From: Lama guanicoe
Lineage: Eukaryota
Assembly (NCBI GenBank): GCA_013239625.1
Contig: MU053304.1
Span: forward strand, 2,604,001-2,668,000
DNA length: 64,000 nucleotides
Direction: 5' to 3'
Both the position numbers and the translations under genes were made by a program. The notes under the pieces were generated by a model that had not been told where the DNA came from, did not search any database, and worked only from the letters and a program-made list of their open reading frames with translations. Shown here one piece after another: positions 39,119 through 52,487 of the stretch. Every line of letters begins with the position of its first letter. Position 1 is the stretch's first letter.

Positions 39119-41829
39119 ATCATGTTCTGATCTAAAATAATATAGAAATACCTGTGATGAATTGAAATTGAAATTGGAAAAGCTCTTGTCAAAAATAGAG
39201 AGAATATATTTCATAGGTTATTTGTTTTCACCATTTCAAACAGAACTTTTTAAGTTTAAAAAAACTGGCAAACAACTTTGTTGTTCTGTTTTTCGCTTTT
39301 TTTTTTTGAGGGGCTGGAGATGGGGTGGGAATCTTGAAGGTACCAAGGCAGAAGGATGCCGTGCTCAAAGAAAATCAAAACCTGATACCACAGGAGTCAA
39401 TGGTTTTGAAATCTTTTCAACTCCGGATCCTCTGGAGCAATCTATTCAGATCCTTTGAAACATAACATAATGAAGTCAGCAGAAGTGGGGTGCAGTGGGA
39501 AGGGTGGCTGGTGTCCAAAGCTTGGTAGCAGATTTATGATTATTCCACCACCTGAGGCAGCAAATTTAATAAGAAGTATAGAAAAAAAGCTTCTTACTGG
39601 TTCCCTTTGTGATGTTGGAAATAACAGAACAGCCTAAGCTTAAGTGCTATTAAGTCACTTCTGGAGACTTGGGCACATGAGGGGAGGACTGTGCATTGGG
39701 GAAGGCAAGCTTCCAAACAACTTCTGTACTTCACACCCGTGGAGGGACATTCGTGTGGATTATCCAAGAATGGTGAGGGCTCCAAGGGCTATAGGAGTTG
39801 AAGTGACCAGACCCTCAAAAAGGAAGGGAGAGAGAAAAGTAAACACAGATTTGTATATTTTCCCCAAAAGAATGGCAAAAAATAACTGGAAGAGGACCAC
39901 GACCTTCTTGTACACAACACCCTTGATTATGGGGCTGAGTGAATGGCGGGAGGTGGCGGGGCTATGAAAGTAGCAGCAACGGACTGGCACACTTAGGGCC
40001 TGGAAAGCAAGCAGTGGAGGCAGGACCGTCTATGCCTCACTCTCAGGCTCCCAGTACGTGTCAGCCATCCCTGTGCCCCTCCGTGGCTGTGTGGTCTGGG
40101 GACATCTGCTGACTTCGTGTCTTCAAGAGCCAGATTAGTAAAGGGGTGATGGGTCTTAAGTCTCCAGTTTCTTTTGGCCTTGTAATTAAAATTATCAGAG
40201 TAAATGATGCTGCACTTTTCTTCTCACTGCCATTTCTCATTTCCCCAGATCTCTACCAGGTTGATAAGAACACAATGAACAGGCTTCTCTCAAGTTTTTA
40301 TATTCCAAACTAGCCCATCCTCTTCCTGACTCAGAGAACCTTCTGAAGGGGGGTCTAGGGTGGAATGGATCAAGCGGGAATGGAGTCTGTTTCAGCATTT
40401 TCTTGCTGGTGGAGCTGTTGTATACCTAGTGGTACCTTTTGGACCTGGAAATTATGAAACTGGCATTTTTGTTGTTGTTGATTGCTCTTTGAACCAGTTC
40501 CTTCCTCCTCACAGGTGATGGTGGTCAAGTGTCTCACAATTTAGCTGGAGGAGATTGTGACACAGTGGTTTATTTCTCAAGCAATCATTCCAACACAGTT
40601 TTAAGAGTCATTCTTTCTGAAGTCAATTTGTCCACAGTTATGACAGTCCACAGTTGTCACAGTCAACTGTGAGAATATTTAAAACCAAAGAAAGGCATTC
40701 CTGTAGTTTTGTGCTCTATGCTAAATACTATACAACTTTTGGGTTGTTGTGTATTCAGAAGAGGGTGTGGTGGTGAGTAGGGAAGTCTCAACCCACAGAA
40801 ATGGGACTATGGGTCATGGAGGTAAAATGAGTTTCCTCCTGAAATCTCATTCTGGTGGCCTGACTTAGAATGTTTCAGGCTGCTTCACATAGAAGAGATA
40901 ATGGAATCTTTTATATTGACATCTAACTTTGTAAGGGAAGATGGCTCTCAAATAAAAAAAAATCTGTAATTAACTAAGTCTATGACTGATTTTGCTACTG
41001 ATCGGTGGTGTGGTTGGATTGTCTAATTGGGGTCCAATCCTTGTTCGCTTTGTCACTGTGATTATGAACTTACTCAGAAATACTCTTATCTAAATGATGG
41101 AGATAGTACTTCCATTTTGGATTATTTTTGAGCTTTTTATATGAAGTAGCACGTGCAACAAAATAGAATGACTTAGTAGAGAAATATTCTCTTCACTCAG
41201 GATATTTTGTTTAAAAAATATTCAAATATTCACTTGAATATTTCTGAAATAATTTGTCTCTGAAAACATGAGAAATGAAAAAGCGAAGTTAAAAACAAAA
41301 TGAAACAAAACCGAGTGAGGCAAGGAAAGGGAAGACAACAGATTATTTTCCAGGTATGAAGCCAAAGTGTGAACCAGATTTGTTCATGCAAAATTGGCAA
41401 TCATTCTTATTCCATAAAGCTTTTTCTAATGTGCAGAATTTTCAAAGGCATTATTTTATGTTTTAGAGAACTGTTCCCTTTTTAAAAAGGAGATATATTT
41501 CATGGTCTGCTACACTTGAATTTTATAAAGCAAACCTCATAAATACATTAATATATCCCTCTTGGTTCTTACAAGGATAATTTTGATGATCAGCTTTCTT
41601 TTAAAAAATTGATACCTAAAGATAAAAACCAGAGTTGTTTAGATTTATTAAGAAGGAGAAAGAATCAAGCTAGAAAACCCAAATGAGTGTGAAACATCTG
41701 TTTCCTGAATTATCCCATTAGTTCAGCAAACATTTAAATAAGAAATATAATGGCAAGTGTCCAGTTTAACCAGCAGGCACATTACAATTATAAGAGGCTT
41801 TCATAAAATTTTTGCTTACATGAGAGCCA

Positions 41830-42520
41830 CAGTATCCCTTGAATGGGAGGTGTGGGGGAGGGGAAACACTTCCTATGCCTCTGTATTGTGAGTTTCACGG
41901 GTGCTTCTCAGAATTTTTCTCCTCCTTTACATGGGACAGGATGATTAAAGTGGACTGCTGTTGGATATTTCCCTTCCCTAGGCCAACTAGTCACTGCTGG
42001 TATTCCAGCAGGTAGCTCTTATTAACTAGTTACCCCTGAAGGTAGACATGGTTAAGAAGAACAGAGTGCCCTGATACATTTTCAAAATGGTTCCTTTTCC
42101 CCTCTCTCTGCTAGAAGCCCAAGGGGAATTTTCTCCTGTATTTACTCTGGGAATCTTGTTGAGTTTATAGAAATAAATCTCACAGTATTGTGGGGCCCTC
42201 CCATGATGGATGCTCTTGCAGTTTTTAACTATCAGAGCTGTCCACACTGACCCTTCAGCAATTTGTCAACAACAATTCAAGTTTCCCTAACCCAGGTTCC
42301 CTCAGTGGTTTCCTCTCCTGAGTCTCTGCTCTGACAGTCAGTACTCTGCATTCCCTTGTCTGTCCCTCCAGTCTTGGAGGCAATGGTTTACCCTGTGTCC
42401 TCCCCTCTCTTATAGATCCAGGAAGAGCTGTTGTTTTTTCAGTCTGTTCAGTTTTTACTTATTATTAGAACAGAACGGTGACTTCCAAGCTCCTTACGTG
42501 CAGAACTAAAACTGGAAGTG
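41830..42520 (-). mobile_element. Old L1M 5' end
   Basis: Ends gtgacttccaagctccttacgtgcagaactaaaactggaagtg, matching a recalled reverse old L1 5' terminus. Confidence 0.65.
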
Positions 42521-44469
42521 ATCATACGGCCAATTTTAGACTCTTTCTTCTCTACACTGGAAGCATAACTTCTACTGCTTTGAATTTTAGTACACTCATC
42601 CCTTATTAGTTTTGCTACCTCTGTTCTAGTCTTTGTGAATTTTAGATAGACTGTGTGACAGGTAATACATAGTTTAAAACTAGATCAACTATTTCAGCCA
42701 TCTGATTACTGTTCACTTGACTAGGCCATCATTTTCCTCCAATCTCTCATCTCTTCTACAACTATCTTCACAATGAATAATTGTGATTATGTCATTTTTC
42801 TACAAGTAGACATACAATGGCTCTTCTTTGCCTAAAAAATATATTTTTGTTTGTTTTTTTTCTCACATGACATTCAAAGCTGTTCACTTTTTGGAAACAT
42901 TTTCCACTTCCAGATTTCTTTCTCACTCTAAACTCTACAACTTATTTGTAATAAATGTATTATTTTTTTACCCTTCTTATTTACACAAGAGCATTTTGTG
43001 AACTGAAAATAGGGGAAAATCACAAGTGTGGTATAAAGCAGGATTAGAAGGAAACCCAAGAAATAAGAAAATAGAAGAAGAGAAAAAAAAGAGAAAGATA
43101 TGACAAAAAAAATAGCTGAGGAAAGAAAATGTAACAGAATCTAAAATGTAGTTTTTAGTTTGCTAACAGGAATGATAAAATAGGAAATGTAGTGGATCAT
43201 ATATTAATTGTATTGGTTAATAGTTAGAAGACTGTCATTTACACCTTCCAATATTACTTTTACCAGAAACAATCTTTTTGTTTTCCCTGATTTGATTTTT
43301 ACTTAGAATTCCCTTATCTTAAGCCAAAATTTGTCAGAAGCCAATTAACCCATCAAGGCCCCATGAAACTAGTTTTCCTCCATGAGGCCCCCATGAAACC
43401 AACCCAAGTCTTTCTATCAGAATAAGTCCCTTTTTTGCCTATTTTGCTTGTTTTTGCACTTATTCATGCACTGTCTTTTTTGTGATTTTATAGTGAGTGC
43501 TTTTTTCTTTGTTACCATTCTTTGAACTCCTAGTGACAATCATAATGCTTCAGACAATCTTGTTTTCATCGAAGCCCTTCCTTTAAATATTAAACCCTGA
43601 CTGAATTCAAAGGCAATGGATATATGGCTTATTTACTTTTTCAAAATCTTCAGGCCTGGTTGGAGAAGAATAAGAAGAAATTTAGAAATAAGTCAAATAG
43701 TGTGCAAATCTATTTCACAGAAATCCCACACTCCCAAGATGGGATGCTATTTCTATGAAGAATCTATACCCACTAATCTGAAGATTCCTCTGTGGCCATG
43801 GGGTGAGGTAGAAGTGAGGAATAAGGAGCATCTTGTTCAGTGGCACCTACAAATAGACATATTTTTTGAAGGTCTAGCAGAAAACAATTCAAGACACTGA
43901 TGTGAACAATGTTTTTTAAAGATTAAGTTTCCACAAAGGAGAAAGAATAGTATTATGAGGTTTCAGATGAATAATGCTTAAAAGAATGAGACTTGTATTT
44001 GGACAATTTATATTCTGAATTCTATGCATGAAATTCCCATGTTCAGGGCCCAAACTCTAAAGTCTGGTTAGGTCGTTGTAAAATCCAGAGAACCACATGA
44101 CCTTTCTATACTCAGGACAACAGCCTAGTTTCAACATCATGACCTAACCAGACATTGGATTAATGCTGAATTTAACATAATAGAAAATTAGTTATTGTTA
44201 ATTGTACACTCTGTATGTGGCTGAATCCCTGCTGAGAACTTCATATTGATTTACCTTCTGAACTAGCTAGTAGACTAAAAGCTGCTTCATTCTTTCAATA
44301 AATATTTATTGAGAACTTACTATGTGCTAGGCTCTCAACAAAAAAGGAAAAATTCCATTCATGGTGATGCTAATGGACCTAATGGCACCATCTTCCTCAG
44401 TGCTATACTCAAAGGGCTACACACAATGCTTAGTACATCTCTAGCCAGGATTATCTGGAGCATACCTGG

Positions 44470-45033
44470 CATTAACAAGTTGTGTTAATCATTTGTTAGA
44501 GTGAGGAGGACTGCATATCATGGGGAGCCTTGGGACATTTCTGTAAAAGAGTTAGTCCTTCTAAAAAGGACCTATGGGGTTAGAGTTTATGTTAGGTGAT
44601 TTTGGGGAAAGTACAAAGAAGCAAGATTTCCCCCTATATTAGTTGCTGTCAGAAAAAGGGCAAATCTACAATTGGGAATAATAAATCTTGTCTAGGAGGG
44701 GAGACTAGAGCCAGGCCAAAGCTATAATTGGAAAAGAGATAACAATCATTCATATTAGCCAGGAAAGAGAGATATTTGAGAGTTGGGTATTTGTTGTAGT
44801 TTTCACGGTGACCTGATTTTGTGTGTGTGTGCTTAGACAAAATAATTAGTGTTTTTTTTTTAAATTTGTTTCACTACATCATGGTTGCAGAGTGACTTGT
44901 CAGATGTTGGTGTTCTGTGAGATTATTTATTTCCAAAAGGCAAACAACATGGCAGAGCTGTGAAGACCAGGCCAGCTCCTAACAACACCCAGGACTTAGC
45001 TGTTGGGATATCAGGGTGCTCTTCTCTTTCTCA
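44470..45033 (-). mobile_element. ERV1/MER-type LTR, family uncertain
   Basis: The minus strand begins TGAGAAAGAGAAGAGCACCCTGATATCC with ggagctggcctgg motifs typical of old MER-class LTRs; left boundary uncertain. Confidence 0.5.
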
Positions 45034-47490
45034 GAATTAACTCTTTGACCACAATGCTATGAGACTAGAAATCAACTACAAGAAAGAAACTGCAAAAACC
45101 CAAACACATAGATGCTAAACAATAGGTTATCTAACACTAATAAGTCACTGAAGAAATTAAAGAAGAAATAAAAAACTACTTGGACACAAATGAAAATGAA
45201 AACAATGATCCAAAACCTATGTGACACAGCAAAAGAAGTTCTAAGAGGGAATTTTATAGTGATACAAACCTACCTCAGGAAGCAAGGAAAATGTCAAATA
45301 AACAACCTAACCTTATACCTAAAGGAACTAGGAAAAGAAGGACCAATAAACCCCAAAGTTAGCAGAACAAAAGAAATCATAATGATCAGAGCAGAAATAA
45401 ATGAAATAGAAACTAAAAAAGAAAAGGTCATTAAAACTAAGATCTGGTTCTTTGGAAAAACTTTAAAAATTGATAAACTGTTAGCCAGACTCATCAAGAA
45501 AAAAGAGAGGGCTCAAATCAATAAAATTAGAAACAAAAGAAAGAAGTTACAAGTGACATCATGCAAGAATCATAAGAGATTACTAGGTACAAGTATATGC
45601 CAATACAATGAAATGTACAATCTCCCAAGACTGAACCAGGAAGAAACAGAAAATATAAACAGACCAATTACAGGTTATGAAAATGAGTCACTAATAATTT
45701 AAAAAAACATAGTATTGGAAGTCTCAGACACAGCAATCAGACAAGGAAAAAAATTGAAAAGGAAGAAGTTAAAAAATCACTCTTTGCAGAGGACATGATA
45801 ATGTACATAGAAAACCCTAAAAACACCACAAAAAACTACTATAACTCATCAATAAACTAGGTAGAATTGCAGGATACAAAATTAATATACAGAAATCTGT
45901 TACATTTCTACATATTAACAGTGAACTAGCAGAAAGAGAAAATTAAGAAAAAATTACAATTATATCAGAAAAGAATAAAATACCTAGGAACAAATCTAAG
46001 GAGGTAAAATACCTGTACTCAGAAAATCCTAAACACTGATGAAGGAAATTAAAGACAACACAAACAGGTGGAAAGGCATACCATTTTTATGAATTGGAAG
46101 AATTAATATGGCTAAAATGACATACTACCCAAGGTAATCTACAGATTCAGTACAATCCCTATCAAAGTACCACTAACATTTTTCACAAAACTAGAACAAA
46201 TGATTCTAAAATTTGTATGGAAAGATAAAAGCCCTTGAATATCCAAAACAATCTTGAGAAAGAAGAACAAAGCTGGTTGTAGCATACTCCTTGATTTCAA
46301 GCTATACTACAAAGCTGCAGTCATCAAAACAGTATGGTACTGGCACAAAAACAGACACATAGATCAATGAAACAGAATAGAAAGCCCAGAAATCAACACA
46401 TATATGGATGATTAATCTATGAAAAAAGAGACAAGAATATGCAATGGGGAAAAGACAGCCTCTTCAATAAATGGTGTTGGGAAAACTGGATAGCTCCATG
46501 CAAAATAATCATACTGAACTACCGTCTCACACCACATACAAAGATAAACTCAAAATGCATTAAAGGCTTAAATATAAGGCCTGAAACTATAAAATATGTA
46601 GAAGGAAACATAAGATGTACTCTCTTTGGCACTGGTCTTAGCAATATATATATCCTTTGGATACATCTCCTCAAACAAGAGAAACAAAATCAAAAATAAG
46701 CAAATGGGACTACATCAAACTAAAAAGCTTTTGCACAATGGAGGAAACCATCATCAAAATGAAAAGGCCACCTACTGAATGGGAGAATATATTTACAAAT
46801 GATAAAGGACTCATGCAATTCAACACCAAAAAACCCTCAAAAAACCCCGTTAAAAAATTTGCAGAGGATCTGAAAAGACTTTTTTCCAGAGATGACATAC
46901 GGATGGCCAACAGGCACATAAAAAGATGCTCAACATCACTAATCATCAAGGAAATGCAAATCAAAACCTCAATGAGATATCACCTCACATCTGTCAGAAT
47001 GGCTATTATCAAAAAGACAACAAATGACAAGTGGTGGCAAGAATGTGTGGAAAAGGGAACCCTTAAGCACTGTTGGTGGAAATGTAAATGAGTGCAGCCA
47101 CTATGGAAAACAGTATGAAGTTTCCTTAAAAAAATTAAAAATAGTACTACCATATGATCCAGCAATTCTACTGCTGGATATTTACCTGGAGAAAATAAAA
47201 ATAGTAATTAGAAAGGATATATGCACCCTTATGATCATTGCAGCATTATTTACAACAGCCAAAATATGGATGCATCCTAAGTGCTCATCAGTAGATGAAT
47301 GGATAAAGAAGATGTTTATAGACTCAGCACTAAAACAAAAGAAAAGAAAAGAAAAGAAAGAAAGAAAATTTGCCATGTGTGACAACATGGATAGCCTAGA
47401 GGGTATTATGCTAAGTGAAATAAATGAGACAGAGAAAGAAAAATACTGCATGATTTCAGTTATATATGAAATCTAAAAACAAAGCAAATA
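45034..47490 (+). mobile_element. L1 ORF2 remnant (end of endonuclease to ORF2 C-terminus/3' UTR start), with internal deletion
   Basis: ORFs QNLCDTAKEVLRGNFIVIQTYL...IRAEINEIE, LPRLNQEE, LFAEDMI (mutated FADD), [45 protein letters not shown]; many frameshifts. Confidence 0.95.
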
Positions 47491-48949
47491 GTCATTACAA
47501 CCTAACTGTCCATTAGCACTACTCTCCTAGAGCAAGAATGCTAATTTCTTACAGAAGAACCCTAGGGACTCTGAGGATCAATTAATCATAAAACAAACTG
47601 AAAATAAAAAAATGCCATCTGGATAAGAAACTGCTAAATTGGCTATAAAATCTATTCAAAAACCAATCTAACAGCAGAGTCCTAGAGAACACAAACAGGA
47701 AGCTCATGTTTCTGACTGCTTTCTCGTCTCAATTTCATATTGAAAACTGCTTCATAAAAGATGTGGGCAGCAGGTCAGGAACGCAGGAAACCATTTTTTT
47801 CCTATCTTCTGATACCAAAGATAATCGCCTTTTCTTATTACACAAGATGCAAATTTCCTGATTTGGGTTTTTGTTTTCTTGACTCTATCTCATAAAAGAA
47901 CACTATGAAAAAAAGGAACTTATTCATCCTGGCGTGTATGTTTATAATTTCCTCCGGAGCTGTCACATCTGTCACCAGAATACAGTATTATAACTTGGCA
48001 AAGTGGATGCAATGTAAATTTCAGCCTAAGTGTAACATAAACTACTGGACAGAGATGGGAAAGGAAACCAAATTAACCTTTTAAGTACCACTGATCTCTG
48101 GTGGACATAATGCCCTGTCTGTGGAATCAATGGGAAATAGAATTTTGTTTTTAGCATTGGACAGTCCTAAAAGGCAGCAGACCAAGAGCATTATTTTTAA
48201 AGAACGGACAGTTATTTCATTATATAATAATGTGTAAAACTTCAAATACACAAGACATGGAATTCAAAGAATGAATGTATTTTAAGACAAAACTGAAAAC
48301 TTAAAAAAAAATTCAAACAGGTACAATCCAAATCAGAAAAAAAAATCTTTGAATGTTAAAACAATTAAAAAGTAGAATTTTCACATAAATATATATGGAA
48401 TAAAATTTTAAGTTAACAAGGGAAAATTGAGGGTTAAAGAAGAAATATATTCAAATCAACTATTGCCACTGTTCTTTGGTAAAATGTAACTGTTCATTGG
48501 GCATTCTTAGCTAAATGCTAATTATATACTGAAAAAATACGGATTTAGATAGCACTAAGGTATCACTTATGTAACTATGTATAGTAGATAAGTAGATTGG
48601 TAGATGATAGGTAGATGTAGTGGATAGGTAATATTAAATGACTGGTTATGTTTTCAGTAACCTTCTTTTCTTCCCTGACAAGTGTTATAAAATGTGGAAC
48701 ATTCTGATCTAGGGTTTTTGACCTACATCAACCCCTGGGAAGCTGACCCCTTGCCTTAGAAATGAGAAAACACGAGGATAAAGGTATTAGGTTTTGTCGC
48801 TAGGCATCCAGTGGAGAACCAGAGAGAAAATCCAAGTCCTCATAGTCCTTCTCCAGGATTAATGAGAACTGTCTGGTTTTACTGTTTATCAAGGGGTCAT
48901 TTTTACGTTCTGAGATGTAGGACACCAACATAAACACTTCAGTTTCTGG

Positions 48950-49150
48950 TCATAGCACTCAGCTTGGAATTGAAATCAGCTCCACCATTCATGATAAGAT
49001 CTTTGAAAAGTTACTTAAAACTCTGTGCCTCATTTCCTCATTTGCAAAATAAGGCTATTAAGAGGAGCCATTTCATTTAGTGATTGTATTAACTGAGTTA
49101 ATATAGCATAGGTATTAGATGCCTGACACAAAATAATTGTTCTATTCACT
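48950..49150 (+). mobile_element. MIR SINE
   Basis: aagttacttaaaactctgtgcctcatttcctcatttgcaaaataagg core. Confidence 0.75.
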
Positions 49151-49439
49151 GAAGTCATGCTATCAGTGCAAGATCTGAAATTGACAAATGCTCAGACCAG
49201 GTTAAAACTGCCTTAAGCCATCTGTAAACATGCATCACAGTTCATAGTACTTCCCCATTGTAGCTCGTCATATTTTCATAGAGTCTCTAACTTTGAATTA
49301 GTTATTTACACCCAGTTGCCTCAGATATAATACAAGCTGTATGAGGATAATGCTTGTGTTTTTAGTGCTCACAGCAACAGAGCAACAATGACTAGCAAAG
49401 TAACTGAACAAAACAGATTCTTAAAAAAGGTTTGCTTGA

Positions 49440-49530
49440 CCTTTATATTTTACAGTTGAGGAACTAAAGAGTAGATAAGCTAAGTGACTTGCCATAGGTC
49501 ACAGGGTTAATGATAAAGCCATGTTTAGTA
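49440..49530 (-). mobile_element. MIR core fragment
   Basis: attttacagttgaggaact...taagtgacttgccataggtcacag. Confidence 0.65.
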
Positions 49531-49565
49531 GCCAGCATAAAGGTTTAACAGTCATGACCCACCAG

Positions 49566-49712
49566 CAGGACTGGCTTCAGGGGTGTGTGACTTACACGGT
49601 TGCACAGGGCTCCGAGTTAGAGGGGCTGTCACGAAATTCTTAACCATTTTTGAACAAAGAGCCCTGTATTTTCATTTTGCACCAGTCCCTGAAAATGATG
49701 CAGCCTATCCTG
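49566..49712 (+). mobile_element. MER91A-like hAT-Tip100 MITE
   Basis: Termini caggactggcttca ... tgcagcctatcctg; internal gaaattcttaaccatttttgaacaa...ttttcattttgcac. Confidence 0.75.
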
Positions 49713-50899
49713 ACCATCATGCCGTCTCATAATTCAGCATCCAAAACAGATTCAAGAGTCCTGGACCAAGAAAAGCCTCCACAGACTAATGCAGAGTTGA
49801 AGACGCTGGACTTCTGCTCCACAGAAAGAGCAGGAGCAGAGACTCCCTTCCCTTCAGCTCTTCCCAGGGCCATGAGCATTCCTTGTTTCAGCGCTGGCAC
49901 GGCCAAATGACAATTGCAGTGCACCTGGAAGAATGACGTTAGCAGTCCACGATGAATTGACAGCACAGTTAGTCTCATTAGACCCCTAAGGACTTACCTG
50001 AAATGATCACCTTTAGGTAGTAAATGCCGCCATCTGACACATGACATTCACAGCGCCCTTTAGCAATTGCTGCATCCTTCTGTCTTGGACCTTCTCTCTC
50101 CTCCAGGATGTAAGAGCTCCCTGGTTTCCTAGTGTCTTATTCTGCAAAACTTCATCAGTGTTTTCTGTCTTAGAGAGTACCCCATGCTCTCAGACTCCTA
50201 CAGAGTTACTGACAAGGTAGACTCATAGGCAAATTAAAATTGTAAGTGGTATTCGCTGTTGACAAACCTGGATTTGAAACAGTGGCACAGATTACAAGCT
50301 GTACCAGCCTCCCATTCTGCCCAGGTACCATGAGGTTCCTGGGCCATAGACACTCCTGCCAACACTCCCTACCCCAAATAACTCCCAGAGGCTGATCAGG
50401 CCCTGCTATTTTCACAATCTGGAGACCATTAGTGAGCTTATGATGTGAAGCCCTGATAAAATACAAATCATCAGGGCAGAAGAGTAAGCTAAGTCATACA
50501 CCATACCTCGCTTGTACTCCAGTGTAAGTATTGGGGGTTTCCTGGAGTTTAGATTTATAGTGACTGATTTCAGTGCTGTGAAGGGAGGAGTGGGGGAAAG
50601 ACAGGAGGAAGAACTGGGCTCTCAATGCTTCCCCAGCAACTCAGTTACCACCCTTTACTCAGATCGCTCTTCCTTTCTGAGTATCTTTTGTGCATCCTTC
50701 ATAATTTCCTCGCTCTACCCACTGCCCGCCATGGCGTCCTCTTCTTCCCTTATTTTCAGCAGAAGACTGCGGCTCTTTTTTTCAAGGGAAAAGATCTATT
50801 AATGGGTGGATCATCCTGACTGCAGGCATACAAGCCTGCCTGCAGCCTTGCCCTTCCATGCTAGTGGAGGCCTTGCCTCTTCTGAATGGTCAGCTCTTT

Positions 50900-52487
50900 C
50901 ATATCTGAAGCCTTCATATCAGCACTTAAACATTTCAAGCTTTTCCAATCTTAAAAACAAAACTCAAACCCGTGGGTGGTACCCATACCTCCAGCCCGTA
51001 ATATATGGCCATAGTTCCATCCTTCAAGCTCAAGAGCTCGAAAGATTCCTCTTTCTCTCTTTGTCCACTTTTTCCTTCACTGACCATTTGAGCCATTCAC
51101 ACCACACACCATCTGGCTCTGTCCCCATCCTCAAGCGCCCCCTCTAGGGTGGCCTCCATGTGATTTAACACCATGGCTGTTTTTTCAGCTTTCATTTAAC
51201 CCAATTTCTGGGAAGAACTTGACACCGACACTTATTCCATGAAAACACTCTGGCACTTTGGTTTTTCCTTACATTTCTGTGGTCAATATCTCAATCCTGT
51301 TCTGCCTCTTCTAAACTAATTTAAACTATGTATAAGTTTTTCATAGTCTCAGTCACAAGCATTCTTTTTTCACATTTTATTTTTTCTAGGTTATCTTAGT
51401 ACTGTACACATATTCCTATGACTTCACCTACTGTCTTTATTCTAATAGCATATATTTCTGCTGAATAAAATATTCTTGTCAAGTATTTCTTTTCATGACA
51501 AACCCTTTTCTATATTCTGTGTAGCCCTGACTATTGAAGAGCCCAAGGCAAAATGCCCAGGCCTGTGAAACTCAGTGTGCCTAAAACTGACCTCACAGTC
51601 TTTCCCTAAACATCTTCGCTTCTTTTTTCTTCCAGAGTTCCTTATCTTAGGAAATGATGCCACCGTCAACTCGATTCTTCATGCCAGGGACATGGAAGTG
51701 ATCCCTGACTCTTTGTACTCCTTCAGCCCTTGCTTCAAATCAGTGACTGAATCATGATCATTCTGACTTCAGAATCTCTCTCAAAGAGATCTGCTTCTTC
51801 TCCATATTCACCCTTACCACCTTGGTCTGCATCAGCACCATTTTCACTTCACCTACTTCAGTGACCTCTAACTGGCATCTCACACACACAGCCTTACCCC
51901 TCCAATCTAATCTTTGCTTAGAAGACAGGTAGGTGCTTTGCAAAGAGGTGCTAATCTCTGACACTTCTCAGTTTGGAACTCAACTGCATCCTGTTACTTT
52001 TGATAATGATCTGAGACCCTAATCCAGACTGTAACTCCATGCATAATACAGACCAGGGCCTGCCTCATCTTGTGTCACATTTCAGTTCTCCCTGACACCA
52101 ATCAGAATGGAAACTTGAACATGACCTGCTTCTCCCTTCCTCGGGGCCCATGCCATGTTCCATTTGCTTGGACATCTCTTCTTCCTCACGTTCACCTCCT
52201 TCATCCCACTCATCTTTGAGTATGCTGTTTAAATAACACATTCTCAGACAATCCCACCTAATCCATCATGCCAGGCCTTTTCTTTAAATTGTTATAGTAT
52301 CTTGCATTTCTTCTTGAGTACTTGCCCCAATTTTAACGATTTGCATGGCACCTACCGCACCGCTGAGCCAAAAATCTGCAAAAGGCAGAGGTCGTATCTG
52401 TCTCTTCCATTTCTGTGAACCCTGCACTTAGCCTTGCATCCTACACAAGGTGGGAGTGTGCTAAATGTTTGTTCACTGATTGAATGG
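50900..52487 (+). mobile_element. Long L2 3' region
   Basis: Pyrimidine-rich L2 motifs (aaaactgacctcac; aaatgatgccaccgtc; ctctaactggcatc) ending taaatgtttgttcactgattgaatgg. Confidence 0.7.

Noticed and set aside
40630..40672. Short cacagt repeats with an inverted arm; also small hairpins near 41225-41244 and 17590-17611
   Set aside because: Too short to exceed chance expectation; not a CRISPR-like array or miRNA-sized stem.
45190..47476. Long ORFs as a functional gene
   Set aside because: Frameshifted, internally deleted L1 ORF2 remnants.
50722..50802. Strong Kozak-like context cccgccATGG
   Set aside because: Only a short ORF follows, with no CpG island or splice support, next to L2 sequence.
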